64,000 bases of DNA from an uncultured Clostridia bacterium (GTDB lineage Bacteria; Bacillota; Clostridia; Oscillospirales; CAG-272). The DNA lies in the NCBI GenBank assembly GCA_947630015.1, contig CANRFY010000003.1, positions 61,413-125,412 on the forward strand. Reading direction: 5' to 3'. How positions within the stretch are numbered: position 1 is the first letter of the stretch; every line of letters begins with the position of its first letter. Positions 38,501 through 47,430 of this stretch are shown piece after piece. Made by a program: the position numbers and the translations under genes. The notes beneath the pieces were generated by a model. The model was not told the origin of the DNA. It searched no databases and worked only from the letters and a program-made list of their open reading frames with translations.

Positions 38501-39147
38501 CGCTCGGCCCCGTCAACGTGGGCGCCATCGACGAATACAGGGAAGTGTCCGAGCGATACGAATACATGAAGCGCCAGATGGACGATCTGACCGCCGCGAA
38601 AGACGAGCTGACAGGCATCATAGCCGAACTGAACGCCGATATGGAGAAAAATTTCAGGGATGCGTTCGGACGGATCAGCGAACGGTTCGGACAAGTGTTC
38701 CGCGAGCTGTTCGGCGGCGGCGAGGCGGAGCTTTATCTTGACGATCCCGACGACGTGCTGTCGAGCGGGATCGGGATAAAGGCGGCGCCCCCGGGCAAGG
38801 TGATAAAAAATCTGTCGCTTTTGTCGGGCGGCGAGCAGGCGTTCGTCGCGATCGCGCTTCTGTTCGCGATGATACACGTCAATCCGACGCCGTTCTGCAT
38901 ATTCGACGAGATAGAATCGGCGCTCGACGAGGTCAACGTCGAGAGATTCGCCGCATACATCAAGCGCTATTCGGATAAAATGCAGTTCGTCATCATCACG
39001 CACAGACGCGGCACGATGGAGACTGCGGATTCGCTCTACGGCATCACGATGCCGCGCCACGGCATATCGCGCGTTCTGACGCTCGACCCGGGCGACATGG
39101 AGGCGAAGGACAAGTATGCGTCCGAGCCGCAGACGGACGCGGATTGA
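35536..39147 (+). CDS. smc: Chromosome segregation protein SMC
   Basis: GPNGSGKSN, long coiled coils, hinge (GRATFYP...GGSFTGG), LSGGE, DEIESALD. Confidence 0.97.
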   Translation: MYLKSLELQGFKSFPDKTKIEFDHGSTVIVGPNGSGKSNITDAMRWVLGEISSRSIRGAKMEDVVFAGADGRNPMGYAEVSISFENTDENGRIPVPYDEVTVTRRYYRAGDSEYFINRRPVRLRDINELFMNTGIGREGYSIVGQGKIAEIISQKSDERRGVFDEAAGISKFRHRRAEAERQLEAAEDNMQRVGDILTEVDGRRGPLEQEAEKARRYLELYERHRRADIALAVYDSDRLRAEQKRAEDDFLLSSHELEMISDTIDGLEAQSERIAESSQKSKLDSERAYERIRALSTSLQKLDGEYQAMKTDRTRSEAQAQEYRENAADASRRIAEAEREAKTLEERLCESERALDAAQSALDAKKSELADADARLCAISDQLESMLAEQKKREEEVVDYKVRINVMIGSAKADEEKNASVESEIEKYEAQAAEFKSKADAESKTADEFSAAISESEKKIDALEEKLASCEERLAELTESRASSDARAQALSHRIDALVRLEENFEGYGRSVKYVMDGRDNIRGRVHGPVSRLISTPDEYVTAIETALGGNLQNIVVDDEETAKSAISYLKRGGAGRATFYPISAVRGQEPGREVRDAASAAGYIGICSELISYDAVYDGIMRYLLGRTCVFDDLDHATAAAKASGYKLRAVTLDGQQINAGGSFTGGSQRRDSGMLTRSGEIKSLRAELSLCERETAALTEQAKAVSSARADVHSELDGERSRRDMMDAMMRAAESARDAATAQYDAAVTLVGQLRADMELRAELSGQYESDRIELTKKCAEAEAAVSEVRERRERLDISRHEAEDAREAASGSVSEAMMELTRISAGIDAVRELCAEKARGREEYVRQRDSFLAHADEMTERAADIERREAENRRAYGDAESEMKNVEDERAKLETGNLEFEMRQGEIRRRIREKTDEKETAMRAHMKNEQRKNALSGELDKLVAHLWDEYELTPSAAAEIDYPPVTEENRAETAREERECKNKLRALGPVNVGAIDEYREVSERYEYMKRQMDDLTAAKDELTGIIAELNADMEKNFRDAFGRISERFGQVFRELFGGGEAELYLDDPDDVLSSGIGIKAAPPGKVIKNLSLLSGGEQAFVAIALLFAMIHVNPTPFCIFDEIESALDEVNVERFAAYIKRYSDKMQFVIITHRRGTMETADSLYGITMPRHGISRVLTLDPGDMEAKDKYASEPQTDAD

Positions 39148-39178
39148 TCCGAGGCAAAAATTATAACGGGAGATCGAA

Positions 39179-40087
39179 ATGGGATTTTACGAAAAGCTGA
39201 AGGCCGGCATCACAAAGACGAAAAACGCCATCATGGGCAATATCGACCGCGTGATGCAGAGCTTTGTGAAAATAGACGAGGATATGCTCGACGAGCTTGA
39301 GGAATCGCTTATAATGGCGGACGTCGGCGTCGAGACGACGGAGCGGATTCTTGACGCGCTCCGCGCGCGCATAAAGGAGCAGCGCCTGACGGACGCCGCC
39401 GACGCGAGGGCGGCGCTCTGCGACATCATCGCGGAGATGATAGGCGAGGGCGAGCCGCTCGATCTGTCGACGACGCCGTCGGTGATTCTCGTCATCGGCG
39501 TCAACGGCGTTGGAAAGACGACCTCGATTGGCAAGATCGCGGCGAGCCTCGTCAGAGATGGCAAGCGCGTTATCGTCGCGGCGGCGGATACGTTCCGCGC
39601 GGCGGCGATCGATCAGCTCGCTGTCTGGTGCGACCGCGCCGGCGCGACGCTGATACGCCAGAGCGAGGGCAGCGATCCGGCCGCCGTCGTCTTCGACGCG
39701 GCCGCGGCCGCGAAGAAGCGCGGCGCGGACGTTTTGATCGTCGATACGGCGGGCAGACTGCACAACAAGAAAAATCTCATGACCGAGCTGTCCAAGATCG
39801 ACCGCGTGCTGACGCGCGAGCTGCCGGACGCGTCCCGCGAAACGCTGCTCGTGCTTGACGCGACGACGGGACAGAACGCGGTCGTGCAGGCGAAGGAATT
39901 CAAAAACGCCGCCGATATCACCGGTTTGATTTTGACAAAGCTCGACGGCACCGCGAAGGGCGGCATCATAATCTCGATCAAGGGCGAACTCGGCATACCG
40001 GTCAAATACATCGGCGTCGGCGAGGGCATCGACGATATGGAGCCGTTCGACTGCCGTCAGTTCACGCAGGCGCTGTTCGAGGAATAA
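39179..40087 (+). CDS. ftsY: Signal recognition particle receptor
   Basis: GVNGVGKTT, DTFRAAA, DTAGR, TKLDGTAKGG. Confidence 0.97.
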   Translation: MGFYEKLKAGITKTKNAIMGNIDRVMQSFVKIDEDMLDELEESLIMADVGVETTERILDALRARIKEQRLTDAADARAALCDIIAEMIGEGEPLDLSTTPSVILVIGVNGVGKTTSIGKIAASLVRDGKRVIVAAADTFRAAAIDQLAVWCDRAGATLIRQSEGSDPAAVVFDAAAAAKKRGADVLIVDTAGRLHNKKNLMTELSKIDRVLTRELPDASRETLLVLDATTGQNAVVQAKEFKNAADITGLILTKLDGTAKGGIIISIKGELGIPVKYIGVGEGIDDMEPFDCRQFTQALFEE

Positions 40088-40125
40088 CGGACGGCAAAGA
40101 CGGCGTATTATAGAGGGTAGGCAAA

Positions 40126-40749
40126 ATGAAATTCGTGCTTGCGAGCAACAATAAGAAAAAGATCGCGGAGATGCGCCGCATCCTCTGCGAGCTTGAGCCG
40201 GAGGCGGAGATTCTGTCGCTTTCCGATATCGGTTTCGACGCGAATATCGCGGAGGACGGCGACAGCTTCGAGGCAAACGCGATAATAAAGGCGTCCGTTC
40301 CGGCGTCGCTCGGCTACATCGGCATCGCGGACGATTCGGGACTGTGCGTCGACGCGCTCGGAGGCGCGCCGGGAATATATTCGGCGCGGTATTCGGGAGA
40401 GGATCACACTCCCGACCGCGACGAGAAAAACAACGATAAGCTCCTCTACGAGCTGAGAGATGTGCCGGACGGGGAGCGCGGCGCGCACTATACGTGCGCT
40501 ATCGCGTGCGTATTCCCGAAAATGTACGAAATCGAGCCTGTCACAGCCGTCGGCGAATGTCATGGCACGATACTTCGCGAGCGTCACGGCGAGGGCGGTT
40601 TCGGATACGATCCGCTGTTTTACAGAGCTGCGGAGGGCTGCACGTTCGGCGAGCTTTCGCCGGAGCAGAAGGACGCCGTCAGCCACAGAGGGAAAGCGCT
40701 CCGTGAATTTGCGGAAAAGATAAAACCGATATTGGAGAGCATAAAATGA
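40126..40749 (+). CDS. rdgB: Non-canonical purine NTP pyrophosphatase
   Basis: ASNNKKK, ADDSGL, GFGYDPLF, SHRGKA. Confidence 0.94.
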   Translation: MKFVLASNNKKKIAEMRRILCELEPEAEILSLSDIGFDANIAEDGDSFEANAIIKASVPASLGYIGIADDSGLCVDALGGAPGIYSARYSGEDHTPDRDEKNNDKLLYELRDVPDGERGAHYTCAIACVFPKMYEIEPVTAVGECHGTILRERHGEGGFGYDPLFYRAAEGCTFGELSPEQKDAVSHRGKALREFAEKIKPILESIK

Positions 40750-41045
40750 AACTCGAGATAACGTCGAAGCAGCGCGCGCGCCTGCGCGCGATGGCGAACG
40801 ATTACGATACGATATTCCAGATCGGTAAGGACGGGATATCGCCGGAAACGGTGAAGCAGGTGGGCAACGCGCTCGAGGCGCGCGAGCTTATAAAGCTGCG
40901 CGCGCTCGATATGTGTCCGTACACGAGCCGCGAGGCGGCCGAGATCATAGCGGAGCGCACGGGCGCCGCCGTCGTGTCCGTCGTGGGATCGCGATTCGTG
41001 CTTTATCGCCCGTCCGAGAAGAAAAAGGAAAAGATCGAAATATAA
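40746..41045 (+). CDS. yhbY: YhbY RNA-binding (CRM) protein
   Basis: KQRARLRAMA, FQIGKDG, ELIKLR, VGSRFVLYR. Confidence 0.92.
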   Translation: MKLEITSKQRARLRAMANDYDTIFQIGKDGISPETVKQVGNALEARELIKLRALDMCPYTSREAAEIIAERTGAAVVSVVGSRFVLYRPSEKKKEKIEI

Positions 41046-41680
41046 TGAAGCTCGGACTTTACGGCGGCACGTTCTCGCCGCCGCATATGGGACACGTCCG
41101 CGCGGCGGAGACGTTTTTGCGCGAATACGCGCTCGACCGCCTCTACATCATGCCGGCGTCGATCCCGCCGCATAAGCAGATCGACGCGCTCGACGATCCG
41201 CGCCACCGATTCAATATGGCGAAGTTAGCGTTCGAGCCGCTTTGCCGCGGCGGGAAGTGCGAGGTCTCGGCGCTCGAACTCGAGCGGGCGGGGAAGAGCT
41301 ATACGTCGGACACACTGCGCGAGCTATACGCGATAAACGGCCTTTGCGGCCGGCAGGCCGTATATATGCTCTGCGGAACGGATATGTTTGAAACGATGCA
41401 TCAATGGCACGAGCCGGACGTGATCTTTTCGCTGGCTCATATCGTCGTGGCGCGGCGCGAACGCGACGACGCCGATATGATCGCCGAACAGAGATCGCGC
41501 GTTATGCGCGATTTCGGAGCCGCCGTCGACGTGCTGCATCTGACGCCGCTTGAAATATCGTCGACGGAGGTGCGCGATATGCTGTCGCGCGGCGGCGATC
41601 CCGATTCGATGATACTGCCGGAGGCGGTCGAGGACTACATCAGAAGGATGGGACTGTATGGGACTGCGGGAACCGAGTGA
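41045..41680 (+). CDS. nadD: Nicotinate-nucleotide adenylyltransferase
   Basis: GLYGGTFSPPHMGH, PPHK, YTSDTL, ISSTEVR. Confidence 0.93.
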   Translation: MKLGLYGGTFSPPHMGHVRAAETFLREYALDRLYIMPASIPPHKQIDALDDPRHRFNMAKLAFEPLCRGGKCEVSALELERAGKSYTSDTLRELYAINGLCGRQAVYMLCGTDMFETMHQWHEPDVIFSLAHIVVARRERDDADMIAEQRSRVMRDFGAAVDVLHLTPLEISSTEVRDMLSRGGDPDSMILPEAVEDYIRRMGLYGTAGTE

Positions 41681-42293
41681 ACGCGAAATCTGCGATCTAA
41701 GGCTCCGCGTCCGTCCGTATCTTTCGGACGGAAGATATGCGCACACACTGTCGGTCGAGGGCGAATGCGCGTATATGGCGGGGATACTGATGCCGGAGCA
41801 TGAGCGCAGCCTGCGCGCGGCGGCGCTGCTGCACGATATCGCAAAAAAACAAACTTATGAAAAGCAGTTGAATTATATCCGCAATTGTGATATAGTTAAT
41901 ATGACGGTAAAGGATGGGAAAGTGATAGAAGAGGTCGCGCACGCGCCGGCCGGCGCGGCGATGGTGATCTCGGATTTCCCCGAATTTGCCTCGCCGGACA
42001 TAGTCTCGGCCGTAAGATATCATACGACGGGACGCGCCGGAATGACGGTGTTCGAGGCGATCGTTTTTCTCGCCGATTATATCGAACCCACAAGGAAATA
42101 CGCGGAATGCCGCGCGCTGTTCTCCCGCGTTCATGAGACGCTGCCGGACGGCGGCATACGCGCTCTGCGCTCCGCGCTTATCGAATGCATAGAAAATACG
42201 CTGCGCCATATAAGCGGGACGCCGGACGGCGACACGCTCGAGGCGCTTTACAGTCTTAGACGCGGCGACGAAATGCCGCTCACGATCGAATAA
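41658..42293 (+). CDS. yqeK: HD-domain Ap4A hydrolase YqeK-like
   Basis: RYAHT, LLHDIAK, RYHTTG, FLADYIEP; follows nadD. Confidence 0.88.
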   Translation: MGLREPSEREICDLRLRVRPYLSDGRYAHTLSVEGECAYMAGILMPEHERSLRAAALLHDIAKKQTYEKQLNYIRNCDIVNMTVKDGKVIEEVAHAPAGAAMVISDFPEFASPDIVSAVRYHTTGRAGMTVFEAIVFLADYIEPTRKYAECRALFSRVHETLPDGGIRALRSALIECIENTLRHISGTPDGDTLEALYSLRRGDEMPLTIE

Positions 42294-42297
42294 AAGG

Positions 42298-43509
42298 TTG
42301 GTTTCACAATATAAGATGCACACCCGTTCCCTGAAAAAAAGGCACAGAAGCCTGCTTTTGATCTGCCTCGTATTCGCCGTTTTCATAATATGCGCCGTCG
42401 CTCTGCTTATGGGGATCATGGCGTTTTTCAAATACTACGAGCCTGATCCGAACAAGCACACGTATGAATCGTTCAACACGCCCGGGCAGAAGGAGGAGCC
42501 GAACGACGGATATCTGCCGACTGTCTCCGAGCCGTGGGGCGGCGGGGAAGACAAGATAACGCAGAATGAGGGCGTATATAATTTTCTCATCGTGGGACTC
42601 GATAAGGTGTCGAACAGCACCGATATAATGATGGTGGTCTCATACGACGTCAAAAACGGCGGCATCAACGTCGTGCAGATACCGCGCGACACTTATTTTC
42701 ACCTCGACGGGACGTCGGTGAAAAAGATCAATTCCTACTACGCCGTCTTCTACAACCGCGCGCGCAAGGACGGGGTCGAGGATCCGCAGGACCGCGCGAT
42801 GTCGAATCTCGCCTCGATGATCGAGACGAATTTCGGCATACGGCTCAATTACTGCGCCGTCGTCAGCGTCGAGGGCTTCGTCAAAATTATCGACGCCGTG
42901 GGCGGCGTATGGCTCGATATACCATACGATATGCATTACGAGGACCCGTATCAGGACCTCTATATCGATCTGCACGCCGGATATCAGCATCTTGACGGCG
43001 AACACGCGATGCAGTTCGTCCGTTTCCGCAAGGGATACGTCGAGCAGGATATAGGACGTCAGGACGCGCTGAAGAATTTCATGGCGGCGCTTATGGCGCA
43101 GCTCAAATCGAATCTGTCTGTCGGCGCCGTCGCCGATATCGTCGGCACCGTTATACAGCACATGAGAACGAATATAAGCCTCGCCGATTTCATCTACTTC
43201 GCGAAAAACGCGCTCTCGGTCGATCTTGCCAACGTAAAAATGACGACGCTGCCCGGGGAGCCTGCGATGGCGGGCGGCGCGTCCGTGTACGTGCTGTACC
43301 GCGACGACACCGTCGCGTTCCTAAATAAATACGTGAACGTGTTCGACCGTCAGATCACGCGCGAAACGTTCGATCCGAACGGGTGCATGGTGGACGACGA
43401 CGTCCGCGACATATATGAAATGCCGCTCGGAACGACGGTGAACGAGGAGTACAACGCCGGCGACGTGAACGACGATCCGATCGACATACCGCGCAGAAAG
43501 TCGGGCTGA
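42298..43509 (+). CDS. LCP (LytR-CpsA-Psr) family protein
   Basis: TM anchor; TDIMM, QIPRDTY, KINSYY, FVRFRK, DIGRQ. Start may be the ATG at 42316. Confidence 0.92.
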   Translation: MVSQYKMHTRSLKKRHRSLLLICLVFAVFIICAVALLMGIMAFFKYYEPDPNKHTYESFNTPGQKEEPNDGYLPTVSEPWGGGEDKITQNEGVYNFLIVGLDKVSNSTDIMMVVSYDVKNGGINVVQIPRDTYFHLDGTSVKKINSYYAVFYNRARKDGVEDPQDRAMSNLASMIETNFGIRLNYCAVVSVEGFVKIIDAVGGVWLDIPYDMHYEDPYQDLYIDLHAGYQHLDGEHAMQFVRFRKGYVEQDIGRQDALKNFMAALMAQLKSNLSVGAVADIVGTVIQHMRTNISLADFIYFAKNALSVDLANVKMTTLPGEPAMAGGASVYVLYRDDTVAFLNKYVNVFDRQITRETFDPNGCMVDDDVRDIYEMPLGTTVNEEYNAGDVNDDPIDIPRRKSG

Positions 43510-43539
43510 CGCCCGCAAAAATAAATTAAAAGAGAGGGT

Positions 43540-43938
43540 TTGAAAATGGATAACGGAAGTGTGAAAAGATATGACATCTCGACGCCGGAGGCGCTCGCGT
43601 CCGCTGTCGTGAAAATCCTTGACGAGAAGCTGGCGGGGGACATAAGACTGCTCCACGTCACCGAAAAGACGATAATCGCCGATTATTTCGTCATCTGCAC
43701 CGGCACAAGCTCGACGCAGATACGCGCGCTCGCGGGCGAGGTCGAATACGTTATCGGCGAATCGGGGCTGAAGCCCGGCCACATCGAGGGCTTGACGGAG
43801 GGCAACTGGGTCTGCATGGACTATCACTCCGTGATCGTCCACATTTTCAACGAGGAAAACAGGAAAAACTACCGTCTTGAAAAGCTGTGGGAGGATGCTG
43901 AGGAGGTCGACATCAAGGATACGCTCACGGAGAGATAA
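43540..43938 (+). CDS. rsfS: Ribosome silencing factor
   Basis: ADYFVICTGTSSTQIRAL, EG...WVCMDY...IVHIF...YRLEKLW. Confidence 0.94.
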   Translation: MKMDNGSVKRYDISTPEALASAVVKILDEKLAGDIRLLHVTEKTIIADYFVICTGTSSTQIRALAGEVEYVIGESGLKPGHIEGLTEGNWVCMDYHSVIVHIFNEENRKNYRLEKLWEDAEEVDIKDTLTER

Positions 43939-43947
43939 TCGGATTTT

Positions 43948-44791
43948 GTGACTATTTCCGATATCTTAGCGTGGCTTTCATGGCTGCTGCCGATCGCAGT
44001 GTTCACGGCGCTGTTCATCATATGCGCCGTGTGCTTCCGCCGCGCGTCAAAGGCGTGCAAAGAGGGCGGCGGCGCATTATCCCGTATATGCGTCCGTCGC
44101 CGCGTCCGTGTATCCGGACGGAAGCGTTATATTTGAAAACGGAGCGTTTACGGAAGAAAGCGCGATACAGTTCCGAAATACGCTTCGCGCGTACAGCGCC
44201 GTCGCTGACGGCGACGTTGACATAGCGTTCTGCGCCGCGCCGTCGAAGGATCAGCTCGACTATTTTGCGTCGGTCGGGGCGGAGATCGAGCTTATACCGA
44301 TAGGGCGCGAGGGGTTTGTATTTATCGTGAATGAGGACAACCCCGTAAACGGGCTGACGACGGAGCAGCTGCGCGGGATTTACATGGAAAAATACAAAAA
44401 TTGGAGCGAGCTTGGCGGTCCCGACAGAATGATAGATCCAAAAACGCGGTTGTCGGGCAGCGGCAGTCAGACCGTGATGGAGCGTTTCATGAACGGCGGG
44501 CCGATGCTCCGCGGCCGGATGTTCGGTTTTATGGGCGCGTCGATAGGATATTCGTTTCGATTCTATGTCGAGGCGGTGCCGAGGAAAATGTCGGTGAAGA
44601 TGCTCGCCGTCGACGGCGTTTTCCCGACAGCCGATAATATCAAAAGCGGCGGCTGCCCGCTCGTCACGGAGTTTTACGCCGTGTGTCGGACGGATAACGA
44701 CGATAAAAACGTCCGGATTCTTCTCGAATGGCTGCTCTCCGACGAGGGACAGGAGCTGATCGAGGACGTCGGATACGCACGAATAAAATGA
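43948..44791 (+). pseudogene. PstS-like (PBP2) substrate-binding protein, frameshifted near 44080
   Basis: Frame 1 gives a TM helix ending EGGGAL; frame 2 continues YPVYASVAASVYP...PIGREGFVFIVN..NPV..LT.EQL...SGSQ...IGYSFRFY. Restoring 2 nt (TTAT to TTATAT) gives GALYPVYA. Confidence 0.7.
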
Positions 44792-44821
44792 GTTTACTTT
44801 GAAAGGAAAAATGCAGGTTTT

Positions 44822-47224
44822 ATGAAATACGATTTTGCAGTCTGCGACAAAAAATGGCAGGACCGCTGGGAGGCGGCGCACGCGTTTGAGGCGAAGGACG
44901 ATCATACTCTACCGAAATTCTACGGGCTGATCGAATTCCCGTATCCGAGCGGAGCCGGACTCCATGTCGGACATATCAAGGCGTTCATCAGCATGGAGGT
45001 GCTGTCGCGCAAGCGCCGTATGCAGGGATATAACGTCCTGTTCCCGATAGGATTTGACGCGTTCGGACTGAACACGGAAAACTACGCTATCAAGACAAAG
45101 ACGCATCCGCGCATCGTCACCGACCGCAATATCGAGAATTTCACGCGTCAGCTCAAGTCCGTGGGCTATTCGTTCGACTGGTCGCGAGTCGTCGACACGA
45201 CCGACCCCGACTATTACAAGTGGACGCAGTGGATATTCCTCAAAATGTTCGAGCACGGTCTCGTGTTCCGCGACAAGACGCTCGTCAACTACTGCCCGTC
45301 GTGCAAGGTCGTCCTCTCAAACGAGGACTCGCAGGGCGGCAGGTGCGACATCTGCCACAGCGAAGTCGTGCAGAAGTCGAAGGAGGTCTGGTATCTCCGC
45401 ATCACGGAGTATGCGGACAAGCTCTTGTCGGGACTCGACCTCGTCGACTATCCTCAGAACATAAAGCAGCAGCAGATCAACTGGATAGGCAAGTCGACTG
45501 GTGCGTTCGTCAACTTCTCGCTTAAAGATATCGACGAAAAGCTCCGCATATATACGACGCGTCCCGACACGCTGTTCGGCGTGACGTTCATGGTCATAGC
45601 GCCCGAGCATCCCATCATCGATAAATACAAGGACCGCATCTCGAACATGGACGAGGTCCTCGCGTACCGCGAGGCCTGCGCGAAAAAGACGGAGTTCGAG
45701 CGCACTCAGCTCGTAAAGGAAAAGACAGGCGTCAGAATAGACGGCATCACGGCGATCAATCCGCTGTCGGGGAAGAAAATTCCCGTCTACATAGCGGATT
45801 ACGTCATGATGGGCTACGGCACCGGCGCGATCATGGCCGTTCCCGCGCACGACGAGCGCGACTACGATTTCGCCAAGAAATTCGGCATCGATATAATCGA
45901 GGTCATAAAGGGCGGAGACATCTCAAAGGAAGCTTATACGGGCGACGGCGAGATGGTGAACTCCGATTTCTTAAACGGATACGACAACAAAAAGGATTCG
46001 ATCGCGCGCGTGATCGAGGTCTTGACCGAGCGCGGCATCGGCGAGGGCGGCGTCACGTACAAGATGAAGGATTGGGCGTTCAACCGCCAGCGCTACTGGG
46101 GCGAGCCTATCCCGATCGTGCATTGCCCGCACTGCGGCATGGTTCCCGTGCCGTATGACGAGCTGCCGCTGCGTCTGCCCGACGTCGAGGACTACGAACC
46201 CGGGGAGGGCGGCGAATCGCCGCTTGCGAAGGTCGCCTCGTTCGTAAACTGCAAATGCCCGAAGTGCGGCGGCGACGCAAAGCGCGAAACGGACACGATG
46301 CCGCAGTGGGCTGGCAGCTCATGGTATTTCCTCCGCTACTGCGATCCGCACAATAAAAGCGCGTTCGCCGGCATGGAGGCGCTCAAATACTGGATGCCCG
46401 TCGACTGGTACAACGGCGGCATGGAACACGTCACGCGCCATATGATCTACTCGCGGTTCTGGTACCGCTTCCTCTACGATCTCGGCGAGGTGCCGTATGT
46501 GGAGCCGTATATGAAGCGCTCCGCCGTCGGCCTCGTGCTTGGCGCGGACGGACAGAAAATGTCCAAATCGCTCGGCAACGTCGTCGATCCGCTCGATATC
46601 GTAAGTATGTACGGCGCCGATACTCTGCGCACATATGTGTGCTTCATGGGCGATTACGGCGTAGCGTCGCCGTGGTCCGATACGGGCGTCAAGGGCGCGA
46701 AGCGCTTCCTTGACCGCGTGGCGGGACTGACCGATCTCGTCTCCGGCAAGGGTTCTACGCCGAGTCTCGAGTCGTCGTTTCATAAGACGATCAAAAAAGT
46801 GTCCGCCGATATCGAGGAGCTGAAATTCAACACCGCCATCGCGGCGCTGATGTCGCTTTTGAACGAGATATACGACAACGGTTCGCTGACGCGCGACGAG
46901 CTTATCACGTTCGTCAAGCTGCTCTGCCCGTTCGCACCGCATATTTCCGAGGAAATATACGAATCCGTCGGAGGGAAGGGACTGCTCTCGCTCTCCGAAT
47001 GGGCGGCATACGACGAGTCCAAGACGGTAGATAAGACGATAGAGATCGCGCTTCAGGTCAACGGCAAGCTGCGCGGCACGCTCGAGATAGACGCCGACGC
47101 CTCGAAGGAGGACGCGATCGCATCTGCTATGGCGGACGCGAGGATCGCGGCGGCAGTCGAGGGAAAGACTGTCGTTAAGGAAATCTATGTCCCGGGCAGG
47201 ATAGTAAATATAGTCGTGAAATGA
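44822..47224 (+). CDS. leuS: Leucine--tRNA ligase
   Basis: FPYPSGAGLHVGH (HIGH motif), editing domain (YTTRPDT, GTGAIMAVPAHD), KMSKS. Confidence 0.97.
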   Translation: MKYDFAVCDKKWQDRWEAAHAFEAKDDHTLPKFYGLIEFPYPSGAGLHVGHIKAFISMEVLSRKRRMQGYNVLFPIGFDAFGLNTENYAIKTKTHPRIVTDRNIENFTRQLKSVGYSFDWSRVVDTTDPDYYKWTQWIFLKMFEHGLVFRDKTLVNYCPSCKVVLSNEDSQGGRCDICHSEVVQKSKEVWYLRITEYADKLLSGLDLVDYPQNIKQQQINWIGKSTGAFVNFSLKDIDEKLRIYTTRPDTLFGVTFMVIAPEHPIIDKYKDRISNMDEVLAYREACAKKTEFERTQLVKEKTGVRIDGITAINPLSGKKIPVYIADYVMMGYGTGAIMAVPAHDERDYDFAKKFGIDIIEVIKGGDISKEAYTGDGEMVNSDFLNGYDNKKDSIARVIEVLTERGIGEGGVTYKMKDWAFNRQRYWGEPIPIVHCPHCGMVPVPYDELPLRLPDVEDYEPGEGGESPLAKVASFVNCKCPKCGGDAKRETDTMPQWAGSSWYFLRYCDPHNKSAFAGMEALKYWMPVDWYNGGMEHVTRHMIYSRFWYRFLYDLGEVPYVEPYMKRSAVGLVLGADGQKMSKSLGNVVDPLDIVSMYGADTLRTYVCFMGDYGVASPWSDTGVKGAKRFLDRVAGLTDLVSGKGSTPSLESSFHKTIKKVSADIEELKFNTAIAALMSLLNEIYDNGSLTRDELITFVKLLCPFAPHISEEIYESVGGKGLLSLSEWAAYDESKTVDKTIEIALQVNGKLRGTLEIDADASKEDAIASAMADARIAAAVEGKTVVKEIYVPGRIVNIVVK

Positions 47225-47228
47225 TAAA

Positions 47229-47264
47229 ATGCAAAAAGCGCGGCGCACGCCGCGCTTTTTGCAT
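47229..47264. terminator. Intrinsic terminator after leuS
   Basis: Perfect 17-bp inverted repeat ATGCAAAAAGCGCGGCG-CA-CGCCGCGCTTTTTGCAT. Confidence 0.88.
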
Positions 47265-47326
47265 AAACGGAAAAAACATGAAAAATGTCGGATAAAGTAA
47301 TTTTTAGACAAAACGCAAAGAAACTA

Positions 47327-47355
47327 TTGCTATTTTATCCGATTTATTGTATAAT
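47327..47355 (+). promoter_or_regulatory. SigA-type promoter of glgB
   Basis: TTGCTA-17 nt-TATAAT. Confidence 0.7.
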
Positions 47356-47430
47356 ACACTAAAGGTAAAGTGGGCGTATTCTGCGCTCCCGCCTCTAATA
47401 GACTGCCATACGGGAGGACTGTACACTGCA

